From: Lingula anatina
Taxonomy: Eukaryota; Animalia; Brachiopoda
Direction: 5' to 3'
Assembly (NCBI GenBank): GCA_051362555.1
Contig: CM120640.1
Span: 46,850,788 to 46,914,787 of the forward strand
Length of the DNA: 64,000 nt
A program made the position numbers and the translations under genes. Shown here piece by piece: positions 39,201-54,200 of the stretch (positions are counted from its first letter, which is position 1; each line of letters starts with the position of its first letter). The notes below the pieces were generated by a model. The model did not search any database. It worked only from the letters and a program-made list of their open reading frames with translations, and was not told the DNA's origin.

Positions 39201-42200
39201 TTTAGGACTATATATTAGATGTTTTAATTTAAAAGAGTATTTGTGGCAGCCATATTGGATTTGGCGGCCATACTGGAATTTTCAGACATGCCCATATATC
39301 CAAAAAAGCTTAGAATTCCATTATCTACAACTGTGGCAAACTTCATGCTTGTAGGTAAAAAACGCACAATTCACCCTTTTTTCTGCACCAATTTCTTGGA
39401 CTATGAAGGTGCAAACCATCTAGGTTTCTTACTATCAGTGATGGGTACCATTACACCATTATATTTGCTTTTTCCTGTCTTTTTTTGGCACCAACACTGA
39501 AAAACTTAATAGGTATCATTTTGATTCATCACTTACTATCAAAGTTGAGCCTGATTGTGGCATTGCTCTCTCCCCTCTCATTCTTGGCATTAACTTTATA
39601 GTTTCCTGCATCCTCAGCAGTCACCCCCTTGATTTCCAGTACAACACGGAACAGGTTGTCACCTTTGGGGTCAGCATAAATCTGGTAACGACCTACAATA
39701 GAAAAAATCTCAATTCAGATATCAATTTTTAACCCCTAAGTGGCATGAGTTGAGAGTCTTTGTTATTCCTTTAAAAATATTTTATTTATTGATACTTTTG
39801 TTTTTATCCAAGCTTCATATGCCAAATGTACTGTGTAAATATTTTATGCATTAATCATAACGTCTTGGAATACTTAACATTGGTAATCTATACATTTTTT
39901 AAAACCAATCGAGTGGTAATTGTATAGTTTAAAAATACAATTTTGTTACACATGTCAACTAGTCACTATGTATCCCAAACAAAGGAAAATGTAGGTAAAA
40001 TAAGAAGATGAATGCAAATATGCTATGTCATAATCATTAACTTTATTTTCTACAAGTATGTTTTTGACAGTTAGACACACCTGTATACATCATCAGTAAA
40101 CTATGAACTTTTTTAGCACCTAAATATGTCAAAACATCTAAGTCAATCTACCTCATGATAGCAGGTGTTCCAAACGTACCCAATTTTTTCTTAGCATGAT
40201 AAATCTTACCACAGGAGTGGAATTTTAATCATGATATTAAGATCGAAATGATGTTGTGCTCCAGAATATAACATGACGTCTACATCTGCGCTGACTTGCC
40301 TCAATCACTATATACACCAATCCTTCCCTCGATTGTTCAATCAATACAAAGGGTGTGTGCCAATGTGCATGTATACAAGAGTGCTTGTCAACTTACATAA
40401 CATTTCATAATCTTAATTCCAGCACAACCTCATATTTTCTATAAGATGCCTTCAGTACCAATCCAACCAGTTAGAATGAAAAAAATAGTTATAATATTTT
40501 TTTATATATACTCTATCACACATTGGTTTCTATTTGCAACTGCCTAGTGCACACAAATGTATATCTTCATATCCTATAAGACTGGTTAACCAATGAGTGG
40601 ACCACACAATTGAAAGCAATAGGTATACAAGATCAATTCCTACACCCTGGTGGGCTGCAATTCCACACTTTTTATGCTACCCTCCCATTCATAGCATGGC
40701 TGTAATTTTCAAGATAGCTCAAGAGCACTCACATCGAAAGGTCAGAACCTCCTCCTGATTAATTCTGCTCTGATGTTCTGATGAATAACAGGACAAAAAT
40801 TAAAGTTTAGCTAACAATACATGGACAGTGAAATACACTCATGGTTCATAATAGCTATTACTTAGGAGTTTAATTTGAACAGTGATGAGCTAAAAAAAAA
40901 TACACTTTTTTTATGTTTTTCTTCAAATGTTGTCCCAACGTTAGTTATACTGCAGCACTTACAGTCCAGATAAAGGGCATATGTGTGCAGCTTACTGGAA
41001 AATGTGCAAAAAAAGGACATCCCTTTGAGTGTTTGCCCATCAGAAAGAAAAATATATACTGCTGCCCATCTACTAATCATCCATTCCAATACACTTTTTT
41101 ACATGGAATTTCATTTGCATAAATGAAAGGTCCATTTGGTGCAATTAATATGAAAAAAATGCAAACAGTCCCCTAGTGATTCAATGATTTTAACTAAAAT
41201 CTCTACAAGTACCTGTCAGGAAAGCAAGCAGGCAGCGTGAAGGTGGGGAGATAATTTCAATGGAAAAATGTGATATGCTATAACAAGCAATTAGAAGCTA
41301 ATATGTGGTAAAGTCACCACACGATGCCATAACTGGTATATCAGAGACAGGTGTTGTATGCTTTAATCCCACCTTGGGGAGCCTAAGTTCCATCTTTCTC
41401 CAATAAAAAAAACTCAGGTAAAATTCTAGCCAAAATGGAATGTTATTGCCTTCATTTAAACACTGAGATTTACACTTAAATCCCAGGGAAACCATTTTCT
41501 TCATTTTTTTGTAATAATCCTAACCCCCCCCCCCCCTTTTGCAATTATTCTCTGCATGCTGATCATATTGCTTTCTTATCCCCTAAACCAGCTATATGCT
41601 ATTACCCTGGTATTCAGAACCCAAGCTGCAGCTCCTTAAAATCTATATTTAAAGATTCACATTTCAGCATTTCCACCTGGTTATCTGAGAGGATGCCTAC
41701 CTTGCTAGCTCCAGGCATATCTAGCTCCTGAGATTTATTAGCCAGCTAGTGCTTAATCCGCAGTCCAGACTGTCTGCGTATGTTTAAATGTACTGACAGT
41801 CGAGTTCAAAATATACATCAATTTCATCAAATCATGCTGAAAAAGCCATCTTTGAAACTTCCCCATTAACTGCCAAAACTCAAATGGGAAAAAGGCAAGA
41901 AATAAAAGAGTACAGTATAAGAAGTCTTCAAATTTGAGGTTTATTATCATTTTAAAGAAAATGTGAATACAACATCTCTCATTATAACTATGAATAAAGA
42001 AATATCTTGTGCTCATGTGCTCTATATGCCAACTGTTCTTTCTCTATGCACTTCAAAGATCCATTATATCCAGAAACTAATCATTTATGTATTTTACAGC
42101 CCTTGCTCCAAAAGGGTAGTCAAAAATTTTAAACAGAATACAGCATCTATCCAGAATCAAAAATCTATGTTGAAGAACCTTTCCTACAATACCTTCTTGG

Positions 42201-45200
42201 CAACAATGCCAACAATTTATGTGGCTCTGTCCCACAACATTTTCTGCTTAACTGTAATCATTCACCTTCTGCTTATTTTGGCAATAAAAGGTACATAATA
42301 TGTTTATGTGTAGAAAATAAGAAAAAGTTTACAGTGGTGGAATGTTTATGAGACAAGTCAATAGGAATAGGAAACAGTCTGGTCTGCTTCTATGTGTACA
42401 TGCTCTCTAATGTATGTATATATTATCATGTGCTATAAAAAAAACATCTCTTTAGTCCAAAATGGTGGGAGTGGTGCTTTGCAATGAGTAAGACTGGTTC
42501 CCATAACTAGATCAATCTAACAGGATCGATCCATCTCTAAGTGGCATAGATGTCTGGCACACCTACTAAAGCTGCAAAATGATAATTAATTACCCCCTTA
42601 CAGCTTCAGTAGGCGTGACAGACATCTAAGCCACTTAATTTGATTGCAATTTAGCAAGAATCCCCTCGTAGATATATCGATCCACAGTTAGTACAATAGG
42701 GTCTGGGAAAGATCCCTTACAGTCATGTGCCTATTTCTTTCTCACTTTTCCTTACCTTCATCATGGAGTTCCACAGTGTCTCTGAACCAGCGGATGGTGG
42801 GGGCTGGCTGTGCCTTAAGCTGGCATTCAAACACAAGCTTTTTGCCACCATCTTCCTGCTTGATGGATGGTTTTTGTGTGAACTGTGGGGCTATTCCGTC
42901 TTGTCTGGCAAAAAAAAGAAGGAAATTGTAAAATGTGAGTATCTATTTCCAGGCATCAAAATGAAACATGAATGAATTGTTCATTGATGATGCTAGTCTA
43001 ACAGGAAGAGAGATGGCATTAATGTTACAGCAAATACTACATGATTACAATACTTAACAACTAATATTCACAAAATATCCCAATGTTTAAAATTGTAAGT
43101 GTTATTAAAATAATTATGAATATAATTAAAATGATTTACTTAAAATAATTCAATATAAACCAATAATTTAACATCTGTGATAATAGATACAGTATATTAC
43201 ATATTAGATGCCATACACAAAATGTACACAAGGTCATAAAACTCCACTCATCAATTCAAAATTCGAACCCATATAAACTGCAGAACTGCTTTCCCCATAT
43301 CATTTGTTATATTTCATTAATGATAATGGCTTGAATAACATTTGGATTGTGTTGGATTATGATTTGAAAAAAAAAAAGCTTTGACAAGACTGAATACCAA
43401 CTGAAGATTGACATGTGTGCACCTTGATAATCTGGAGGTTTATTGGTCCAAAAAATTGTCACATTTTCATCAGTTTTTTAATAAAAGGGTTCGTTGGTCC
43501 GAAGGTTCGATGGTGAACATTTGGACCAACAAACCTTCAGACTATTGTCATGCACCCAATTTATATAGGTAACCAAAGAGGCATTGAGAGGCTTCCAAGA
43601 AACCTTTGATTTTTTTTTTTTTGAAACATCAGTGGCATATTATGCTAAATGTCAAGTCAGTTCAATTAGTGAAGTTCATTTATACATCATACCTACCTGA
43701 GAAGGCCCAGAATAACTGCTATTTTCAGAAATGTACAAGAACATTTGAACAAAAACAGATAAATGGCAAGTGTATCATAATGCTATATATTGCATTGCAT
43801 TCACTTCATTTAGTTTTAATTGATCATGCTTAGTAATTAGAGTATTTTTAGGCTGTCAATTAGTCATCTATATTTGCTGTTATTTTTTATAAAATAATTA
43901 CTTATTTCAATTTTTGTTTATTTTTTTTTTCACTATCATAAACACAACCTGTATGCCACCAGTGCTAAAAATATACAGATATATGCTCCTAGTCCTAGTT
44001 TGGTAACTCTTGGTGTTTGGGGTAACTCCAGGTAAAATACAGGTAGGTAGTTTGAGTTCTGGAACCATGTGTTATAGGTATTAAGATACACAGGTAGAAA
44101 GACCAATGGGTTTTGGCAAAGTTTGTGGCACAAGGATCTATGTAATAGACATGTATACAGGTAGAGTAAACATGCACATTAGACCAATGAACCGAGACTA
44201 AGTGGATGGCACATTGATGTAGTCCACACCATTAGCAATATACTCCATTTAACAAGATGTGTTGTTATAATTAACATGTAACCTATCCAGTGTTCTATTC
44301 ACACATGCACCCATCAAAATGAATATAGGAGTCACAGTTACAAAACATTTAGTGAAAAGACTGCAACTTTATATAAGCTTTTTCTGAATATAACCTGTTA
44401 TATCGATCTTCATTGCATGATCAAAATGAGGAGAATGTCTGCAAAATACCTGAGTGCTCCTCAAAGGACAATTCAGGGTAAAACAATACCTTGCATTATC
44501 ATTTATGGGTATTTTTTAGGTGTTACCATCTTCTGCTTTATCAATCAATACAAGTATTTTCCATCACAGCCAGACATATTATCATTTTCCCCAAGTATAT
44601 TTGCACATATTTCACAAACCCACACACTAAATGCACTAAGAAATGCTCGTAAGGCAACCATGTGCATTGCTTTCAATCTGTCTGGCATTATGATAATGGC
44701 ACAAGATCACCAGTTCATGGTTCCACAAGTGGAAAACATATGGATCCCTTAACTACAGCTACATATCCAAATTCCAGGTAGATTTGTTTACGTAACATAG
44801 ACAGAAAGAAGGTTTTTCTACCCATTACATCAAATTTTCTAATACCAATGAACTAATAAAGTCTACTAAAAACAAGCCAGTGAGTGAGAAGACCATTAGC
44901 AGACATAATATACATGTAAGGTAAAAGTGCAGTTCAGCTGACATACTGTATTCATTTTTTTCTTATATATGCCAAACTGTATTTGTGAGTTTTAGGTAAT
45001 AGCAGTTAGACCCAAGTTTCTAATGATATGTGAAGTGAAGGCTACAACAAAAAGTAAAACACATAAGAAAAGTTCATGGAACAGTTCTAAGGAGTATTAC
45101 AAGTATTACTAGGTACTAAATTATTCTGTGCTGGATATCCAAATAGTCTGTGGCGCTGTTGGATGTTCAGAAAGAGGCTGGAATTTGGCATATCTATTCT

Positions 45201-48200
45201 TTTAATGGTCTCCTGTGTTTTTCAATTACTCATAAAATAAACAGTTCCATGATATCAGACTTAATAAATGGTACTACCCATCAACATTTTTGAGGTTTGG
45301 AAACTTTCTGTCCAGAAAGCAGTTGGATGAGGCACATGGCACCTTTCTTAACTAACCAATATTACATTTTTATCTAATATTTCTAATTTTTATCTAATAT
45401 TTCATACTCCTGACATGATTGAAAAATGATAAATATGTTGGGATGAAATATTTCTTCTGTAAATTTCAACTTCAAAATCAAATTTGATATGCAGACATTT
45501 ACTGATCAAAAACAAGCAAGTGTTGCCATAATGCATTCCATTTTCAAAAATAGCCTGGATTCATTTTGGTCACAAGTTACACACATCATGAACTCCAAGC
45601 ACAGTAACTCTTTCATAAAGGTACTCAGTGGGATATCCCTACCCAACTACCAGGTATTTCCAGATTAGATTTTCGAGTCCACCTGTCTACCCACTCAGCA
45701 GGACAAGACTTCAGCACAGTGCCTGCAAAACCATTCAACATTTCAACATGGCCCAATACTGATAAGGTTAACGATGAAAAAATTGACCAACAAATTCAGA
45801 ATATGGTTTCTATTTCCAAATAAATGTCCAGACACATAGTGTTTGTCCATAAAAAATGTAGTGCTGCATAACTGCTAATATTCCCAGTGTTTCCCACTTT
45901 TATGGTTATAGAGGTTGTATGCTGTACACAGATATCTCGTAAACAGTTGCCAAACTGATATACATGGCAAATTGATGTAAAGAAGCGCTACGCAAAACAA
46001 CTTGGCTAATAGCTGCTTGGAAGGAAAGTCCGATATACTGGATATATGCATCAGACCAAAACCTGGCAGAATGCATCTTTTAGCAGATAAAAAATAAAAC
46101 CATTTTAACAATTTTATTCAAATTATTTATGCATGAAAGAATGGACTCAACTTTATTTGTTGCTGTCTTAACACAAAGTGAATCCATGCCGAATCAAACA
46201 CTGTTCTCTAGTATAGTCTTATATAATAGCACCAAATAAACACTGAATTCAGCATAACATTCCTCCCACTTCCAAGCATCTGCCTCCTTGACTTTGGCTG
46301 TGAAACACCTTGTGTATGTTGACATAACACCCTGAACCTCAGCTGTAAATGCAACCAGCCCTTACTAGGAGCACCACCTCTCAAGGTGCTACACCCAATG
46401 TTCACATTAGGATTCATGAGGATAAATTCTGGATATATCTAGGACTGATTTAATATCCATACAGTGTGGTCATGTTGAACTGATTAGAGCCTGGACAACA
46501 AGCTGCAGAGCCTCCAGGTTAATTTCAAGCTATGTTGGCGTAATGTTTGTTTTGAATGCATGAAATAAGTACTGAATTATTTCATGAGCAAAGTTTAAGA
46601 AGTAGCATTTAAAAAAGCTATGCAAAAAGCATTTTAGCATATCACAAATAAGGGAGTCAACTTGTGTAGAACACCATAAAGGTGGTTTTATCAAGTAATT
46701 ATAAGGAGAGGTTGTCTGCTGCACTGCATGAATTAAGAACAGCAGTTAAATACATGCCTAAACAATCTTCTATTTCAATTTTACTTCCGTTTTCTATTAA
46801 ACATTTTTGACTTGGTCTAACTTGATGCAGAAAATGTGTAGTACTGAACTATTCTAGCTGACACCGAGATTCATGTACTCAATCCTCTCAAACATGTTCT
46901 TTCATTTTCAGACGCTGCCGAGTTAACTTTAACGTGTTTGTTTTTCTTAGCACCCTGAACATTTCTGTGAAGTCCTTTTCTGCATTGACCCACCAAACAT
47001 ATCAGTTGTAGAAACCTAATGACTTAAATGATATCTCTATGTAAACTTCTGGTAATGCTCTTTAACAAATTTTTAAGAATTCCCTTTTTTCTCTTTTTGT
47101 TAAGAACTAGGGATAAGATTAATATTGTCTTTTGGTCTTAAAGCTGAACATATAAAATGTTAGCCTTTTTCTTCAATTTTTCACTTTCTACAAAGAAGCT
47201 TTTAATTTTTTTTCCCTGGGACATATTTTTTTAATATAACTGGACAATTAACCTATAGAAAATAAAGATAATTTGTAGCAATCTCTAAACTTCAAATTTC
47301 TTTTTAAATGCCACACCCCAAAAGCAGTACCAAATGTAATCCCTTGATCTTACTCTAATTAACTTTTTTTAATGTTTGACTTACTTCGGTACAGGCTTGA
47401 GATTAATCCCGGACTTTTCCTCCCCCTCTTTTGGCCCTTTGGGTGGTATAGGCTTTAGTTTATAACCAGTCTTTTCCTCCTCTTCTTTTGGGCCTTTTGG
47501 AGGAATAGGCTTAAGTTTATAACCAGACTTTTCCTCTGCAGCTTTTGGTGCTTTTGGCCCTGTGGGCTTTAACATAGACCTCCAGTCCATGATGGACTAC
47601 TAACTGGTAAAAATCTTAACTGTTCCTGTGTTGTGTATTAAACCTAATTCGAAAAGGAAGAATTACAAAGCTCCTGCCAGTTGCACCAACACGGCCTACC
47701 CAATAACCTTCCCTGGCCAGCCAATGTGTATGTGTAAGCCAGTCAATTCTGTACAACAGCGGCCACTGGTTCTAAGATTAGTTTGGTATCATCATTAGGC
47801 AATGCAGGTTGGCAGGCTGGCGGGCTGGCTGGATTTCAAACCAGGCACTACCAATGGGTATACTATTCAGTGGCTGCCTCCGTGTGCACGCACCACCAGG
47901 TAAGCAATATGCATGCTGCTTAGACCACCTGGCAAAAATACTTAGTTTCCCCTCCTATGTTATTTCCTTTACTTTTAGTGTTACTCCAGCTGTTCTGAAG
48001 ATATTCCTTGACTATTTTGAGAAATTTTCAATAATTCTTAACAAGTTCATTAATTATTTTTTTAGTTGAAGCAGAACCTTTGAAAAGTTAAATATTTTAA
48101 CAGCAATTTGATAAAATATTTCATAACTGTACAATGTTGTTTAAAAAAGAATCTTAAATGTGGGCTGGACTGAAATAAGACACCTACTAGTAAGTGCCTG

Positions 48201-51200
48201 AATACACCTGCATTTATTAACTGTATATTAAGAATAACAATAAGAATATTGCATAAAAGAAAGTTTTGTCTGTGTAATGTCACACCAGTGAACTAATAAT
48301 TTTATATAAAAGTTCTAATCAGGAAAAAGTAAATGTTTTAAAAATTAATTTTTAAAATGAAATTTTTATTCTGTGACACTCTTAATTTATATTTTAGCTC
48401 ATTAAAATAATAGTTTTGAAAATACCATGTCTTTTACCTTAGTCCAATTTAAAGGGCCTTTTTTGAGGGATGGGATGCACTAAGCACATTAATGTAAGCA
48501 AGTTCTCTCTAATTCTTTTCCATCAAAAGTAACATTGTACAAACTATTTTTCATGTTTAGTTTGTTTTTAATTAACCCTTTTTACATAAAAGTAAACAAA
48601 ACTTATTGAATGATACACCAACCAAAAACTTATTTTGAGCATTACTTTTCCTTTGCCTAAATTGTTCCTTGCAACAAGGATTGGCTTCCTGCAAAAGTTA
48701 TGTTACGTGATACCAACTACTGAAGTGGTAAGCTAGACAGCAACCCTTCCCATTTCATAGGCAAAACTTCCCAGGTGAGGCAGTTATAACAGTGTCTGGG
48801 TTAAAGTTTACAACTTCTGCATTTTAACTGTGGGAAAGGTACACATCCAGCTTCTTACCATAAAAAAACATAAGAAAGTAACCTCAAATCTGCTGAAATG
48901 CACACATCCAATGCTCAACAATATTATTTTTTCATTATTTATTCTGAAGGCACTACATCTAAAAATATCTAAAACCAAGACCATCATATTTTAGTTTGTA
49001 TGCAGTCAAAATAGTTTTCCCTCCATCCCAAAACTATTTCACAATTTCATAAAAATCATTGTATCCATGTCCGTATCAATCTCTATTGATTCAATTATTA
49101 TTTCATTCATTTTTATCAATGTAAGTAAAAAGCAATGGTGGTTTTCATGTCAAGACTGCTAGTAATCTAAATGAGAGACAGTCTTTGATGGCTCTGAGTA
49201 GCAAATGGTAGAGGGGCCACCTCCCAACCTAAACATATTTTTATCACAAATTAAAGATATCCTATCCAAAATTTTCCTGCCAAAATAAAGTTTCCTTCGG
49301 TTGTAAAAAAGAACAATTTTCTTCAACTCAAAAATCACTGCACGTTGATTCAACGTTTATTAATTGTTAATCAAATAATTTAGTTTTAAATGACTCAACA
49401 ATCATTTAGTAAAACATTCACCCTCGTGAAATTTGCCATATACATACTGCATAGAATCAGGAATAGCCTCTTTTTCACATCATAAGCCTCCTAATATGAA
49501 CTAGGCTGTTTCAGAAAGAACCTACTATAGAAGGATGTCATATATTCATTCTTTGGGAGTTAAAACTGGTAAGTCCTTAGATCAAATTCTAATGGTAATC
49601 AGCAGAGATTGACAACTTAGCATAAAATCAAGTCAGATTTTTTGGGATTTGACAGAATATAGGGTTAGAAAATTTCAGACTAGCAATTGCTGTGGAGAGA
49701 GAATTTATCTGTCCACATGTTTCCAGTTGTTTTCTCTTAATTTCTGTATAAGATTTGCAATCCCTCCCTCCAAAAATTGTTTTTGAGGGGTTTGCTCTTG
49801 CCAGTCTCATGTTGACTATTTTCTTCTCACTCAAGCTCAGGAATCTCTACCAGAGTCTAACTGCATCATAAGTAAAAAGGACAAAATGTTTTACAGGCAA
49901 TCAACCACAACCTTCCACACTAAAGTAGTTATTTCCATGTAGATGCTGTATCATGCCAGCTGCCCACATACCAGGGTCCCAGCAAGTATGACTTCCAATT
50001 AGTCTTGGTTTTCATCTTCAAACAAAAAACTTAAGTACCAGGAGTGCTGATACTTAAAGGGATGTTCAGTAAAAAATGGCTATGATGTTTAGCCATAATA
50101 TGAGTGCTCTTTGCTGACAAATTTCTGTTGAAGAAATATAAAGGCAGCAGAATGTTCAATAATTAAAAGGTTTGCAAAAAAATAATGATTTCCCATGATA
50201 TTAAACAATTTTTATTAATCTCCAATATATATGTCCTATTTTAAACTTTTTTTTTAACTTTTAAGAAAATTAGAAATCCACTTTTGATAACAGAAATTCC
50301 ATTTTCATTATTATAAGTGAAATTCACCAGTCCTCACAAACCAGTCCATGAGAGCGACTCAATAATTAAAATCAAAGCTCACATTTACACCAGGTATCAA
50401 CCATTCCACAACCAAGAAATATCAGTAATTATCATAGCCCAAGTCTTTGGCATTTTCTACTTTGGTTACCTGTTTGCATATAAACCAAACCATAAAATCA
50501 AAAGATTTTTGGGGACAAGTTCCATACACTGGGAAACTAAAAGGCAATGTTCCATTCAGTGGCAAACCAAATCAGGTAATCGTTGAAGATTTGGATCAAG
50601 ATAGAAGACTTGATAGACTGTAAGATCCCATTCCCATGCCTAGATTGATCTAGCAGGATTGACCCATCCCCGAGGGAATTCTCGCTAAATAACTATCACT
50701 TTAAGTGGCTTAAATGTCTGGCACACCTACTGAAGCTGCTAAATGATAGTTGATTACCCCCTAACAGCTTCAATAGGCATGTCAGACATCAGAGCAGCTT
50801 AAACTGAATGTAATTTAGCGAGAAACCCCTTGGAGATGGGTGGATCCTGCTAGATCAATCTAGGTATGGGAATGGGGTCTAAGAGATAAGCCACATGCTG
50901 CAACACCAGGATAATTCCTTGTTACAGATGGCATGAGGGGCTGGCAGTAGACCTAAATTTATTCCACAAGTGGTCACGGGTCTGGTGTGAACAGGGTGTT
51001 ATAACTTAAAACCAGATTACAGATCATGACTTTGTCAAGTTTTAGATATGTTGTACCTTAATTACATGGCACAAAATAAAATTGTTAAATTAATTCCCAA
51101 TGAATAATAAATAATCTGCCCCAATCCCCCACTCATCCACCCACCCACCCACCCAGCCCTTGGAAAAATAATGGTAAATCCTTGGTCCATCACTGATATC

Positions 51201-54200
51201 CAATACTGTTTAAATGAGTAGCCCAAGGACTTGAATACCAACAGTACTTCAAACTAAATCATCAACTTAAAAGCCTTTTATAAGTGAGCAGGTGAGTAGA
51301 GAAGGAAAATCAACTGTTACCATTAAATATCAGCAGGTGTTAGTCCAATGAGCTAACTAAAGCCTAGATTACATTTGTGACAGGCATCCTATGATGAAGT
51401 GGTATACCATATATCTGTCCTCTCTACTAAATGCAGTAACAATGTTCAAAATAAACCACCCCTTGTAACCAACAAATATTGTACATATTTCAGTGTACAT
51501 GTTTGTTCCTGTGTGTTATTGTGCATAAGCATGCAAGGTGCATAATTGAAAAAAAAATCATTGCTCATGTACATGCATCATATTTTTCATACATCAGGGA
51601 AGAACTGAACATGTGTCATGTGTAAGCACTAATATTTTTCATCCCATGACATTTCTACAAATTGACTACCCTGCCATAAATAATTTGCTATGTCATGTTA
51701 CATTACAGAATATATACCTAATGATTAGTTTAAGGTAAATCAAATTGATCTGATAAGTTTATTATGAAATGTGATGAATTGGAAGAAACCAAGGGAAATA
51801 GCACCTTAAAATATAGAAACGAGTATAATACATAATTAAGTCCTTATTCATATACCAGTTTACAATGAAATCTTCTTGTAACACTGACATTAGCATGATA
51901 AAACCATTTATTCATTAATTTAGAAAAAAAAGTCACAAATCATCATTTCATTTCTCAAATTAAATGTTTCCTATCACAGAAAACTCATGCAATGTAGAAG
52001 CATTTTGCACTATAAAAGCTGTAAGGTACCAGTAGACATATTGCACACTGTGTACAGTTAGTCTTTTATCCAGATAATTTCACACATGAGTACATGAAGC
52101 ATGGGCATTTATTTTCCAAACGGACGGACTAATTCCTCAACATCCAGATTATCTAAATGTATAACACCTTCCTCATCAGTCACTCCCTACGTTCATGTCT
52201 TTCCAGACATCCTCATACATCACAGTTACAATGGTGCTACTGTCCGTGTACCCTCATAAAGTTAACCATTTCACAGTAATTACTATCTGCAACTGTATTC
52301 ACTCTCCATCTATCATGAATTTACAGTTAAGTTTACTGTTTCTTTCCAGCGAGCTTGCTATTAGTGCAGTGGGTTAAAAGACAGGTTTACAAGCAGCACA
52401 TGACAGCAATTTTTCTTCGCAAAAATCTGTTATCATTTCAATAATCTATATGTGATGTATTGCTAATATAGTTGATGGACATACTTTTTCAGCAGCAAAC
52501 TTTGAAATACCTCCATTCAACCTGATATCCTGTAACAAATCCAACCCAAAGTTATCCAATTTTCTCATATATAAAATCTTATCAAGTAAAACATCCTATA
52601 TAAAAACTCATAAACACTGTTGGGGCACTATACATGAATTTACGTAACCAAAGTCTTACTTGTACCTTGAATTTAGATAAGATTATATGCATTTCCTTAG
52701 AAGTGGAGGAGTTAGGTATGTTAGCTGATGGTAATAAACCCCCCTTTAGTTCCTCAACAAGGCAAGAATAGCACCAAAACCTGGGAGAAATAATAAAGGG
52801 AAGACTGAATTGACTGATAATGTAGAGTCAAGGATTGGGCATACATCTCTAAATACATGTACTAACAAAAAGTGTCTTGATGTGCAGAAGGAAGGGGAGC
52901 CAACTAAATTTTTTTTAATGTGGTTGTATATATAGTGCAGCAGTTTGAACTTCTCCCTCACCCATATTTCTTTTCCTCATTTTCTAGAACCCTAGAACCT
53001 TTATTACCTATGTATTTATTTATACATTGTGTTGAAGTAATAACTCCTGCATGAACAAATGGTTACAAAACAAGACAGTTATTTCACCTGTGAATAATAA
53101 GATGAAAGATTGCAATTCAATTACAATTATAACAGAGGAGAAACTGAATATGCAGGGGCAGATTTAGGCCGTCTTCTGGGTCTTCTGGAAGACGGTCAGA
53201 TATTCAACTTAACATTGTCAGACATCTAATGTTTTCTGTCGGAAGATGGTCAAAAATGGAAGATGGATCAACAAAGATAATTTGGAAGACTGTCAGAAAA
53301 TATCTCTGGATCCCCCCCTGATACCTTAGTCACAACATAGGATACATCATAATTTTTTCCTCAACTAACAGATTTTATAACTAATAAAATTCAATAGTGT
53401 ACTAAAGACAATAGATACAATGATCAGAAAAAAAGGGGGGCTCACTAAATCTCACAAATCTTATTTTACAGGAAGCTAGTAAAAACTTAAGGGGTAGATA
53501 TCAGTAGATGTGCACTAGATGATATATTGTTTGCTTAGATAAAACTATTTGATGTGTTTTGCTTTAATCATTCTCATGTACTAAATGGCCTTTCACGGTG
53601 TCAAGATGAGGGTTTCATCTAATAAAGACTACAAATGGTTTCTTTTTCATTTAATAAACTAATAAACATTTAGAGTATTATTTTAGCAGATACAGCTCCT
53701 TCCCTGAAGCCCAAATGAGCTTCTTTCTTATTCCGAGAGGCACCTACATGTAGCTATGCTTTCTCAGGGCACAATTATTAGGTGAGTAATCCCAGAACTA
53801 CCCTTGAAGTCGTTTTATACATGCTCATCCACTTTCCTTGGCATTACAGTATCATAAAAAGAACCTTAATGCTGTATAAAAGAGCTGTTATAACTTGAAA
53901 GCAATAGCATTATCATCCCTGCAATCTCTACAAGATAGCTAGGGAAGCACCCAACTCATCATACACACAGTATGTAAGCTGATGCTCCTTGCTCCTACCA
54001 ACACCTCTATATATGGCTCCACCAGCCCCATCAGTCTGCAGATGACTGGTTTCCCAGTTCTATCAATCTAGTGGTTTTGGATTTGTTCACATTAAGCTAA
54101 GACGTTCAAACCTGTTTCGATCTAAACACATGAGCAGTCCAGGTTGTAAGATAACAGGTGCATGCACATGCACAGCTATACAACCAGCTATAATTTCTAG

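Noticed and set aside
35807-39500. ORFs 'MVAILDL...' and 'MAAILDL...'
   Set aside because: Chance translations of the transposon arm subrepeats; no transposase motifs seen
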